IMG/VR virus record: IMGVR_UViG_3300005805_000127 | Span: 1-50,003 of that record | From: a virus | Taxonomy: Duplodnaviria; Caudoviricetes | Direction: 5' to 3' (one strand) | DNA length: 50,003 nucleotides | In this document: positions 1 to 6,943 of the stretch, piece by piece | Layout of the letters: every line of letters begins with the position of its first letter | Position numbering within the stretch: position 1 is the first letter of the stretch | Notes under the pieces: generated by a model | What the model was told of the DNA's origin: nothing | What the model saw: only the letters and a program-made list of their open reading frames with translations | Database searches by the model: none | Program-made: the position numbers and the translations under genes

Positions 1-165
1 GACTTCTTAAGAAACTGTGACAAGACTGTTTACATTAAAGTTAGGGACCATAGTGCCGAACTTAGAATGAAAACTGAAATGAAACCCTTAGATGTTAAGT
101 GTATCCATTGCAGTCACGAATATCAGCAACCCTTTACATTAAACCCAGCAGATTTTTTCGAATAA
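1..165 (+). CDS. 3' end of baseplate hub assembly protein (T4 gp26-like), partial
   Basis: Not in the ORF track. Frame 1 is open from base 1: DFLRNCDKTVYIKVRDHSAELRMKTEMKPLDVKCIHCSHEYQQPFTLNPADFFE*, with TAA at 163-165. A C-terminal CxxC knuckle and a 'DFF' ending are typical of gp26-like proteins of T4-like phages. Confidence 0.7.
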   Translation, partial: DFLRNCDKTVYIKVRDHSAELRMKTEMKPLDVKCIHCSHEYQQPFTLNPADFFE

Positions 166-206
166 GGCTTCTAAGTCTCGGCCCCGAGGGCATTCAGAAG
201 CTTATT
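153..206 (+). promoter_or_regulatory. Candidate -1 programmed ribosomal frameshift signal
   Basis: In-frame heptamer T TTT TTC (153-159), then a 5-nt spacer and a hairpin: AGGCTTCT(165-172)/AGAAGCTT(196-203) with inner stem CTCG(177-180)/CGAG(185-188). Confidence 0.6.
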
Positions 207-389
207 GAAAATTATGAGAAGGAAGTGGGGAACATTAAAAAGAGTGCCATTTCCTATGCCTGGTACCTAAGAGGTGGTATTTCATATGAGGATGTACTAA
301 ACATGTCGTATGAAGAAAGAAACTACCTAAGTGATTTAGTAGAAAACAATTTAGAAATCACTAAAAAATCTAATTTGCCTTTCTTCTAA
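153..389 (+). CDS. gp51-like baseplate hub assembly protein, probably expressed as a -1 frameshift extension of the upstream gene
   Basis: Frame-3 ORF (track 99..389) containing 'AWYLRGGISYEDVLNMSYEERNYL', resembling small gp51-like proteins. The GTG at 99 lies inside the upstream CDS, and the first ATG is at ~303. Confidence 0.6.
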   Translation, partial: FFRIRLLSLGPEGIQKLIENYEKEVGNIKKSAISYAWYLRGGISYEDVLNMSYEERNYLSDLVENNLEITKKSNLPFF

Positions 390-402
390 TCTATTCATTC
401 TA

Positions 403-467
403 AGTTGTCCTTCGGACAACTAATACCTTCACTAGTACTCGCTTCGCTCGTACTACGTTCGGTATTA
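403..467 (-). other. Two adjacent hairpins with GAA triloops and tandem G.A mismatches (ssDNA-type structure or bidirectional terminator)
   Basis: Stem 403-410/414-421 has loop GAA on the minus strand. A long hairpin pairs 421-427/461-467 and 433-438/450-455, with core GTAC-GA-GC-GAA-GC-GA-GTAC on the minus strand. Confidence 0.65.
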
Positions 468-487
468 TTTTATTTCATTGGATTTAT

Positions 488-840
488 ATTGCCGCCTTTG
501 AAGCCATGGTAGTGCTATTCAGCACTACCAATGGTTGGGGACATTGCCACGCCCTCTTGCCATTTGCCATCTATTCCCCGTTAAGTTAGCCCGTTTGCCA
601 CTTAACGCTACCGGTTGTCCTGTAAAGTTTATGGGACTGTAGTGAAATACTGTTACATATTTCGACAACGCATGTTACATATCCGCAAGATAGAGTTAGA
701 TATGTACTCATTGAGGGTTCGCAAACCTGTCGATTGCCCTCTCGGTGTTCCGTAGATTAATCTACGCTTACTCCAGAATCTGTCGGCACAGCACTACCTG
801 TACTTCCTCAAGGAGGGTCGAGCAACCCCGACCAAACGAA
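488..840 (-). ncRNA. Candidate large structured non-coding RNA, family not recognised
   Basis: No ORF of 60 aa or more; ~47% GC over 481-840 by hand count, higher than the flanking genes. Stems include 507-516/521-530, 579-586/600-607, 662-667/728-733, 676-684/698-706, 713-717/737-741, 751-756/761-766 and 816-820/829-833. Several G.U wobbles and AGUA-containing internal loops work on the minus strand. Confidence 0.65.
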
Positions 841-844
841 TTGT

Positions 845-1417
845 TTATAATTGATGTAAAGTTGATAAAACGTCAGTTGTAATTGTGTTTAATGGCTTTG
901 TGCCTGTTGTGCCTGATGAATAAGATTTAAGTACGTCTTTGTTGTGTTGAAAGAAGTGATCAAATTCGATGATGAGCCAATCCTTATATTTACTTGATGT
1001 ATAGTATAAAAATTGATCTGTTACCCAAGTCATTGTAGTTTGTACTACAACAAATTTACCTTTGCGGTTAAATTTCATGAACAATATGTTCAAGTCATCG
1101 GGTTCGGATACTGACATAAGTTGATCTAGCCAGCCGTCTAATACTTTACAGTTACCTGCAAGCACTAGATGAAACGGAAAGTCTGCATAAGATTTGCATT
1201 CTGCGTTGAATTTAGGGAAATTTTGTCCTGGAACAATGTCACCCTTAAAACTACGCACTTGCCCCTCATGCAGATATTGCTTACGTTCTTGGTTCTTACC
1301 ACCAACGTATGCACCGGATCCAGGAGCACGTATAAAACTTTCTCCGTATAGGTTACTAAGGAAGTTTGCAACTTCTCTTTCGAAACTTGATCCTTTTGCT
1401 TTCTGTGGACTAGGCAT
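845..1417 (-). CDS. Holliday junction resolvase, Hjc-like PD-(D/E)xK nuclease
   Basis: Motifs KGSSFEREVA, RAPGSG, GDIV and ECK; located in a recombination gene block. Confidence 0.8.
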   Translation of the reverse strand: MPSPQKAKGSSFEREVANFLSNLYGESFIRAPGSGAYVGGKNQERKQYLHEGQVRSFKGDIVPGQNFPKFNAECKSYADFPFHLVLAGNCKVLDGWLDQLMSVSEPDDLNILFMKFNRKGKFVVVQTTMTWVTDQFLYYTSSKYKDWLIIEFDHFFQHNKDVLKSYSSGTTGTKPLNTITTDVLSTLHQL

Positions 1418-1422
1418 ATATT

Positions 1423-1430
1423 AATTTATA
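1423..1430 (-). promoter_or_regulatory. T4 late-type promoter candidate (TATAAATT)
   Basis: One mismatch from TATAAATA, 5 nt upstream of the ATG at 1417. Confidence 0.4.
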
Positions 1431-1451
1431 CTTTTAAAACGTGTTTGAAAA

Positions 1452-2573
1452 TTAATTTGTCAGATACCCAACACTATAACTTTCGTCGGATACAGAACAT
1501 TTATTACACTTCTCTTCGCATTCTATGAATGCTTTATCGGGAGATTTGAAACTGTTAAACAGTTTATCCCAAATATCATCATTGACAATCTCTTCTAATG
1601 TACGTGATTTAATATTCATTAAGTCAGCATACTTACGAAATAAACTGTCTTGTCCTTTTATTTTCTTCCCTGTTATGAAACTTTCACGCTCATAATATGG
1701 AGCCGCTACCCAACTACATGGATAAATCTGTCCGTCAGCATTTAGATACAGACCGCGATTACCTATCATGCATAATGGAATCACGTAGTCATCTTTGTAT
1801 TCACTGACAATCTCTATCCATTTTTTCTTGTTCGTTTCAATGTAATCATGATTGTTTAATACTCTGTCGCTAAGTGGAATACTATAACGCTCATATCTAC
1901 CTGACTTACTGATAAACTCACTTCTAGGTTCTAAACTATCATAGTTGTCATCAGTATTGTAAGTACCAAATCTACTTCCAAATTTAATACTCTTAGTAAT
2001 TTGCAAACTATCACACCCATAAGCCTTAGCCATGTCTTGTATCTTTTGCAAATGATCCTGATTAAAACTGAATGCAATGGTAGCCCATGTAACATGAGCC
2101 TTTTTATTTGTAGTTACTGTAGTCAGTCCTTCTATGATACTGTCCCAATTACTGTTAACTCTGTATAAGTTATTGCTAGCGTTATCATAGCCGTCAATAC
2201 TGAAAGCAATTGTATCACGTTCATTTGATAACTCACGGAACTCTTCCCACCATTCTTTCTTTTTATAACTGCCGTTAGTAATTGTATAGATGTGAATATT
2301 GGGGTTAGTTTCTTTTACATATCTGCAAATCGCTAGATAGTCTTTGCAGTATATAGGATCACCTACATCACCGCACATTGTTAATCGTTGAACTTGTGTC
2401 TTTAGTAGTTCTTCACTAAAGCACTTTTTAAATAAATCTAGTGTTAATTCTTTTTGTAGCCACGGAATATCTTTTGGCATTTCTGTTCTAGGGCATCGAG
2501 GACATTTAACCGCACACTTACTGCTAGGTTCAATATGCCAATGATAAAACTGAAAACCATACTTATTTTTCAT
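1452..2573 (-). CDS. Radical SAM protein with C-terminal SPASM/Twitch-like domain
   Basis: CxxxCxxC (CAVKCPRC), 'CGDVGDP', 'ITNGS', 'FSIDG'; C-terminal Cys set 'PLC...GQIYPCSW...CEEKC'. Confidence 0.9.
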   Translation of the reverse strand: MKNKYGFQFYHWHIEPSSKCAVKCPRCPRTEMPKDIPWLQKELTLDLFKKCFSEELLKTQVQRLTMCGDVGDPIYCKDYLAICRYVKETNPNIHIYTITNGSYKKKEWWEEFRELSNERDTIAFSIDGYDNASNNLYRVNSNWDSIIEGLTTVTTNKKAHVTWATIAFSFNQDHLQKIQDMAKAYGCDSLQITKSIKFGSRFGTYNTDDNYDSLEPRSEFISKSGRYERYSIPLSDRVLNNHDYIETNKKKWIEIVSEYKDDYVIPLCMIGNRGLYLNADGQIYPCSWVAAPYYERESFITGKKIKGQDSLFRKYADLMNIKSRTLEEIVNDDIWDKLFNSFKSPDKAFIECEEKCNKCSVSDESYSVGYLTN

Positions 2574-3087
2574 ACACTGTTAATTCTTTCACAAAAGAAT
2601 TGTACATCACATATCTAACTGCCCTAGCAACTTCAACTGGATTCATTTTAGGTACATCTAAATGTTTAATCATCTCAGTATCAGTTGCACCGGGCACAAC
2701 AAGTGCTAGTCTACATCTATGGGGCTGTTTGACTAACTTTCTAAATGTATCACGTAATGCAGTTTTATGGTCACGATATGGCCAAGGCTGACTATCTAGT
2801 TCACGTTCTAGTCTAGGATAGTCTGTTACAATACTGCCTATGCTAATAATTGTTTTATTAGTATCTTTCCATTCATTGTAGAATGATTCTAATAAATCAC
2901 GCTGGTAGAATCCATCGTATGCATTGTTAATAAAGATATCTGCATCTTTACCTGCTTCTAATATCCTTTGAGTATCAGAAATTTCATATCCAACGGATCT
3001 ACTTAAGCCAATAATAGTATTGCCCTTAAGATTGTCAGCAATTGCTTTACCAATGCCGCGTGTGTGACCTGTTATGGCTATTATCAT
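2563..3087 (-). CDS. Short-chain dehydrogenase/reductase (minimal SDR)
   Basis: TGxxxGIG (TGHTRGIG), NNA, catalytic Ser region 'SIGS', YxxxK (YRDHK), 'PGATDTEM'. Confidence 0.9.
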   Translation of the reverse strand: MIIAITGHTRGIGKAIADNLKGNTIIGLSRSVGYEISDTQRILEAGKDADIFINNAYDGFYQRDLLESFYNEWKDTNKTIISIGSIVTDYPRLERELDSQPWPYRDHKTALRDTFRKLVKQPHRCRLALVVPGATDTEMIKHLDVPKMNPVEVARAVRYVMYNSFVKELTVYEK

Positions 3088-4847
3088 TCTATATCATGCG
3101 CTGTGTTATAACTTGTGAAGCCGTTTTCTTTGACGACCTTAAGCACACTAGGTACTCGTCCAGCAAGTTCTTCTCTATGGCTTACTAACCAAACACTCTT
3201 ACTACGTCTACGTGACATATCTTTAAGGATCGCCATACTATTCTCAACACCAATTGTGTCAAGACCGCTATCAATTAATTCGTCAATGAACAATGTGTTA
3301 ATAGGATAATAAAGATTTTCCCATACATCACGGAATGCAAAACTCAAACCTAGTATTAATCTGTTACGTTCACCGCGACTTAGATTGTCAAAGTCAAGTT
3401 CACGACCCAACTCCGTAATCTCAACTTGTAAATCATTTTGAAATACAACTTGATGTGGTAAACCAATCTTATCTAAGTAATGTGTTAATCTGCTATTGAG
3501 ATAACTTAAGTTTTGGTCAATGATTTTCTTACGTACAAAACTATCCTTGCTAGTTAATATATCAAGCAGGAACTTTTGATGCTCACCCAACTTAGTTAAT
3601 TGGTTGATAGTATCAAAACTAACTTCTTGTAACGCTTGATTTTCCATATCACTAATTTGTTCAGTATAAGGATTAATATCACGTTCTTTATTATCTATGT
3701 TAGTGATAAGGTTAGCAACCTTATTACGATGTTCAAATGCTTCTTCTTCAGTATCGTAGAATAGTTTTGGTTGTTTACCAATAGCACCAACTAATGTCTT
3801 AGCCTCATTTAGTTGAGTAAGCAGTTCATTAAATTCGGTTAGATTCTTTTTACTTTCTTTTAATGATTTTTCTTTTTCTTTTAGTACTGCTTTGTGTTTT
3901 GCATCATGGAAGTCATTACCACAAGTATGGCACTTATGTTCTTTTAATAACAATATTTCTTTTTCAAATTTGGTAATTTCTTTTTCTTCACGTGCAATAT
4001 CACTATTAGTGCGTGTAATGCTTTTATCTAAGTCAGCATGATCCTTCTTACGTTGATTATATGCAACTAGTTCTTTGTGTCCTAGTAACTCTTTATCAAT
4101 GTCTAGTTTCTGTAGCAGTGCCAAATCTTCTTTTAGTTTCTGAATATCTTCAGCCGTCTTTGCATCCCAAAGACGTTGGCGCTTTTTCAAACTTTCAATT
4201 TGTTCTAATATTCGTTTATTGGCTTCTTCAATTGCTTTGACTTTGAATTCTTCTAATTGAATCTGTTCTTTATTTTCTTTAATCAGATTCTTAATTGCAT
4301 CAGCCTTTTCACTTAGCAACGTAATGCCCAACAATTGTTCAATAATATTGCGTTGGTCATTTGTTTTCATGGCTAAGAACGGCTCACTATAAGTGTTCAA
4401 TGCAATGATTTGCTTGAACATGTCCGGACTCATTCCAATAGCACGTTCAATCTGTAGTTGTGTTTCTTTGTTTTCACCCTGCGCATCATCTTGTGTTTCT
4501 TGCAGGTTACTGTTTACATAAAACTTTAATACGTTTGGCTTGCGACCACGTTCAATCTTATAGTCAATGCCGTTAGCACTAAACTCTAATGTAACCATCA
4601 TACCCTTACCATTGGTACGATTAATAAGATTATCTTTTCTAATTTGATTGATTGGCGTACCAAACAATGCATAACTCAAGCCCTGTATCAACGTGGTTTT
4701 ACCGGTACCATTTCTAGCACCGTCACCGCCTAAGTCTAAGTTTTCACCTAGAATTAATGTTAACTCTTTGCTATCAAAATTGACTGCTTGTGTTACTTGA
4801 CCTATGCTTAAAAAGTTACGTAGTGTGATGTTCTTTAGTACAATCAT
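3084..4847 (-). CDS. Recombination endonuclease ATPase subunit (T4 gp46 / SbcC / Rad50-like)
   Basis: Walker A GARNGTGKTT, coiled coil, zinc hook CHTC, signature LSRGE, Walker B FIDE, H-loop VSH. Confidence 0.95.
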   Translation of the reverse strand: MIVLKNITLRNFLSIGQVTQAVNFDSKELTLILGENLDLGGDGARNGTGKTTLIQGLSYALFGTPINQIRKDNLINRTNGKGMMVTLEFSANGIDYKIERGRKPNVLKFYVNSNLQETQDDAQGENKETQLQIERAIGMSPDMFKQIIALNTYSEPFLAMKTNDQRNIIEQLLGITLLSEKADAIKNLIKENKEQIQLEEFKVKAIEEANKRILEQIESLKKRQRLWDAKTAEDIQKLKEDLALLQKLDIDKELLGHKELVAYNQRKKDHADLDKSITRTNSDIAREEKEITKFEKEILLLKEHKCHTCGNDFHDAKHKAVLKEKEKSLKESKKNLTEFNELLTQLNEAKTLVGAIGKQPKLFYDTEEEAFEHRNKVANLITNIDNKERDINPYTEQISDMENQALQEVSFDTINQLTKLGEHQKFLLDILTSKDSFVRKKIIDQNLSYLNSRLTHYLDKIGLPHQVVFQNDLQVEITELGRELDFDNLSRGERNRLILGLSFAFRDVWENLYYPINTLFIDELIDSGLDTIGVENSMAILKDMSRRRSKSVWLVSHREELAGRVPSVLKVVKENGFTSYNTAHDIE

Positions 4848-5860
4848 AAGTTCCTGTAGATATCTAACAGTAACTTTGGATCATAAAACTGACTCTCAAT
4901 GCTACTGATTTGATCTATTATTATCTGATCAACTGATTCAAATTTCAACTCTCCTGGGGCAAGATCCATTGCTACTTGATCCAGTTTCATTGGTATCAAT
5001 GCCATTTCACGTAATTCATGTTTAGGAATTAATGTTTCACGTATGAAATTGGCTTCCTCATAACTAATGTCAATGTCTAAATGAACACGGACATGACTGC
5101 GCGGCAATAACATACCGTCAGGGTTTTCTAATATTTCACTCAATTTATAAACTCTAAACAATGGCTGCTTAGGCCAACTATGAAACTCTGGATCCTTACC
5201 CCATTCTAATACCATCATGCCACGTGCATCATCACTAGCATCAGCATAGTTGTGTGGGAAGGCATTACCTATGTACCAAATGTTCTTACGTGCCTGTCGC
5301 TTATGAAAATGACCACTGAATACTTGTTCGAAATTAGAAACGTGGTTGTCGTTAATTTCGCCGTGATCGGGCATCTCTACCATTGCGTTCATATAGAAAT
5401 GAGGTAATTCTAAATGCGCAAATAAGTACTTGCCACTCATCTTCATCAATTTTTTGTAATCATCTTGGACTAGCCAGGGTGAGATTACTACATCACCTTC
5501 ACTAAACCAATCATTAACAATTGTTACATTAGGTAAATGCCTTGCCCACTCAACACTGTGAATATCTCTGCGGTCACGATAATATAAGTCGTGGTTGCCG
5601 GGGATAAAGTATACTTGGTCAAATGATTCACTTAGTCGTTCTAATGCACGTAATCCAAATTGTAGTGTGTGAATATTAATGCTTGCTCTATGGTGATTGT
5701 AATCACCCAAAAATAAACAAGTTTCACACCCTTCTTCTTTGGCTTTCGTAATGAACCACTCAACAAAGTCTGAACAGTCTAAGTTATGTTGTAGACTGTT
5801 GCTCTTCAGACCAAAGTGTATGTCGGTAAATACCGCTGCCTTCTTAAATAAATTCGCCAT
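4844..5860 (-). CDS. Recombination endonuclease nuclease subunit (T4 gp47 / SbcD / Mre11-like)
   Basis: Metallophosphoesterase motifs DIHFG, LGD, GNHD and SGHFH; overlaps the gp46-like gene by 4 nt. Confidence 0.95.
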   Translation of the reverse strand: MANLFKKAAVFTDIHFGLKSNSLQHNLDCSDFVEWFITKAKEEGCETCLFLGDYNHHRASINIHTLQFGLRALERLSESFDQVYFIPGNHDLYYRDRRDIHSVEWARHLPNVTIVNDWFSEGDVVISPWLVQDDYKKLMKMSGKYLFAHLELPHFYMNAMVEMPDHGEINDNHVSNFEQVFSGHFHKRQARKNIWYIGNAFPHNYADASDDARGMMVLEWGKDPEFHSWPKQPLFRVYKLSEILENPDGMLLPRSHVRVHLDIDISYEEANFIRETLIPKHELREMALIPMKLDQVAMDLAPGELKFESVDQIIIDQISSIESQFYDPKLLLDIYRNL

Positions 5861-5866
5861 ATGGGT

Positions 5867-5895
5867 AGTCTAAACTATTTTGTTAACGAAATCAA
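5867..5895 (-). promoter_or_regulatory. Sigma70-type promoter for the gp47-like gene, embedded in an inverted repeat
   Basis: TTGATT (5895-5890), 17 nt, TAGACT (5872-5867), 6 nt, ATG (5860). Inverted repeat CTAAACTATT 5870-5879 / AATAGTTTAG 5894-5903. Confidence 0.55.
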
Positions 5896-5909
5896 TAGTT
5901 TAGGTTACC

Positions 5910-6803
5910 TTACTCTTCGTACACCATTTTACTACCGCCACTCATTTGGCGTGAGTAACTTGGGTTCAAGCCATTCATTTCAAGAATGTCATCACGAATG
6001 TTTTGGTTACGCTTTTCAGTATTCAATACACGGCAGAAACTATTTGTTATAGCCGCTGTATAATATGCGAATGGATTAGCACTCTTTGCTTCGTTGAATC
6101 GCAATCCAACGTAAGTCAATTGAAGAATGGCACTATTACGCATTTCATCGTTATATGTATATCCGCGCCAATTATACTTCATAGCATACTTCTCACAAAG
6201 CATAATGAACATACGTGCTAACTTATTAGTAATTTGTCCGTGATCCTTGCTGAAATGTCCGGTCTTCACACCGCCCTTCCAATGACTCTTACCCACGCAA
6301 ACTGCTGATCCAGTGCTATCAATCTTGTAGTGCTGAAACGGCGGGAAGTTGACTTTGGTGTGAACCATATCATCAACTTCGTCTTTTGTTGAGGGATCCT
6401 CTAAATCTTCAAATACGCTATCATCATCGTCCAAAAACTCTATGATATCTTTAGCAGTTTTCTTTTGCACAACCTTACGTGGTTGTTTAGGACTTACCGG
6501 AATATGATCCCATGTCATAACTCTGAAAACTAAATCTGTATCATCGATATCTTTTGGTTCAACTGGCTTGCCAGTTTCTATTGTAAGTCTTGCGGCACGA
6601 TTTTCTTTTGCTTGTTTAATATTAGCAGTTTTAGTAATTTGTGCTAGACTTTTTTCTAAAGAGTCTTGAGGAGTATCAATAATCAAATCGTATCTGTTAT
6701 ATTCTCCTCTAGTGAACGAACAATAACTCGTTTTACTATCGTGTATCTCTTTTAGAATATCTTTATTGTTTAAATAATTTACTGGTTTTTTTGTGGTAGA
6801 CAT
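5910..6803 (-). CDS. Late-transcription sigma factor (T4 gp55-like) with a large insertion
   Basis: 'NYLNNKDIL', 'NWRGYTYNDEM', 'RFNEAKSANPFAYYT...NSFCRVLNTEK'; 55-47-46 gene order as in T4; RBS AAGGAAG upstream. Confidence 0.85.
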   Translation of the reverse strand: MSTTKKPVNYLNNKDILKEIHDSKTSYCSFTRGEYNRYDLIIDTPQDSLEKSLAQITKTANIKQAKENRAARLTIETGKPVEPKDIDDTDLVFRVMTWDHIPVSPKQPRKVVQKKTAKDIIEFLDDDDSVFEDLEDPSTKDEVDDMVHTKVNFPPFQHYKIDSTGSAVCVGKSHWKGGVKTGHFSKDHGQITNKLARMFIMLCEKYAMKYNWRGYTYNDEMRNSAILQLTYVGLRFNEAKSANPFAYYTAAITNSFCRVLNTEKRNQNIRDDILEMNGLNPSYSRQMSGGSKMVYEE

Positions 6804-6829
6804 AACTTCCTTATAGTTTATTTCATGCT

Positions 6830-6859
6830 ATGATAGCAAAATTACCCGCAACTATACAA
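6830..6859 (-). promoter_or_regulatory. Sigma70-type promoter for the gp55-like gene
   Basis: TTGTAT (6859-6854), 18 nt, TATCAT (6835-6830) with an extended -10 TG. Confidence 0.5.
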
Positions 6860-6892
6860 GTTAAACGGGTAAAATTTGGGGGTTTTCTGAGC

Positions 6893-6900
6893 GATAAATA
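6893..6900 (+). promoter_or_regulatory. Late promoter candidate GATAAATA
   Basis: T4 late consensus-like octamer upstream of the first structural gene; the same octamer recurs at 15071, 38266 and 39049. Confidence 0.65.
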
Positions 6901-6943
6901 CAAAGCAACAGTGTATTTAGCATAGCATGAAGGATCAGAATAA

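Noticed and set aside
99-152. GTG start at 99 for the 96-aa ORF in the track
   Set aside because: It lies within the upstream frame-1 CDS (1-165) with no RBS; a frameshift entry or a later start explains the ORF better.
403-421. CTTCGG read as a cUUCGg tetraloop Rho-independent terminator
   Set aside because: The stem register gives a 3-nt loop (TTC, or GAA on the minus strand), not UUCG, and no U-tract follows directly. A terminator role is not fully excluded.
488-840. Identification as RNase P RNA, tmRNA, or a group I/II intron
   Set aside because: Only fragmentary resemblance (GAGGAAGU, GAUUCUGGA, ACAGUCC). No complete P4, tRNA-like ends, P7 or domain V, and no interrupted gene.
390-844. 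CRISPR mini-array or retron msr-msd
   Set aside because: Repeats are only 5-10 bp and irregularly spaced; there is no cas or reverse transcriptase gene in the window.
1165-6221. Short ORFs overlapping the minus-strand genes (1165, 1169, 1194, 2600, 3115, 5861, 6003)
   Set aside because: Shadow frames of well-supported genes with no motifs or RBS.
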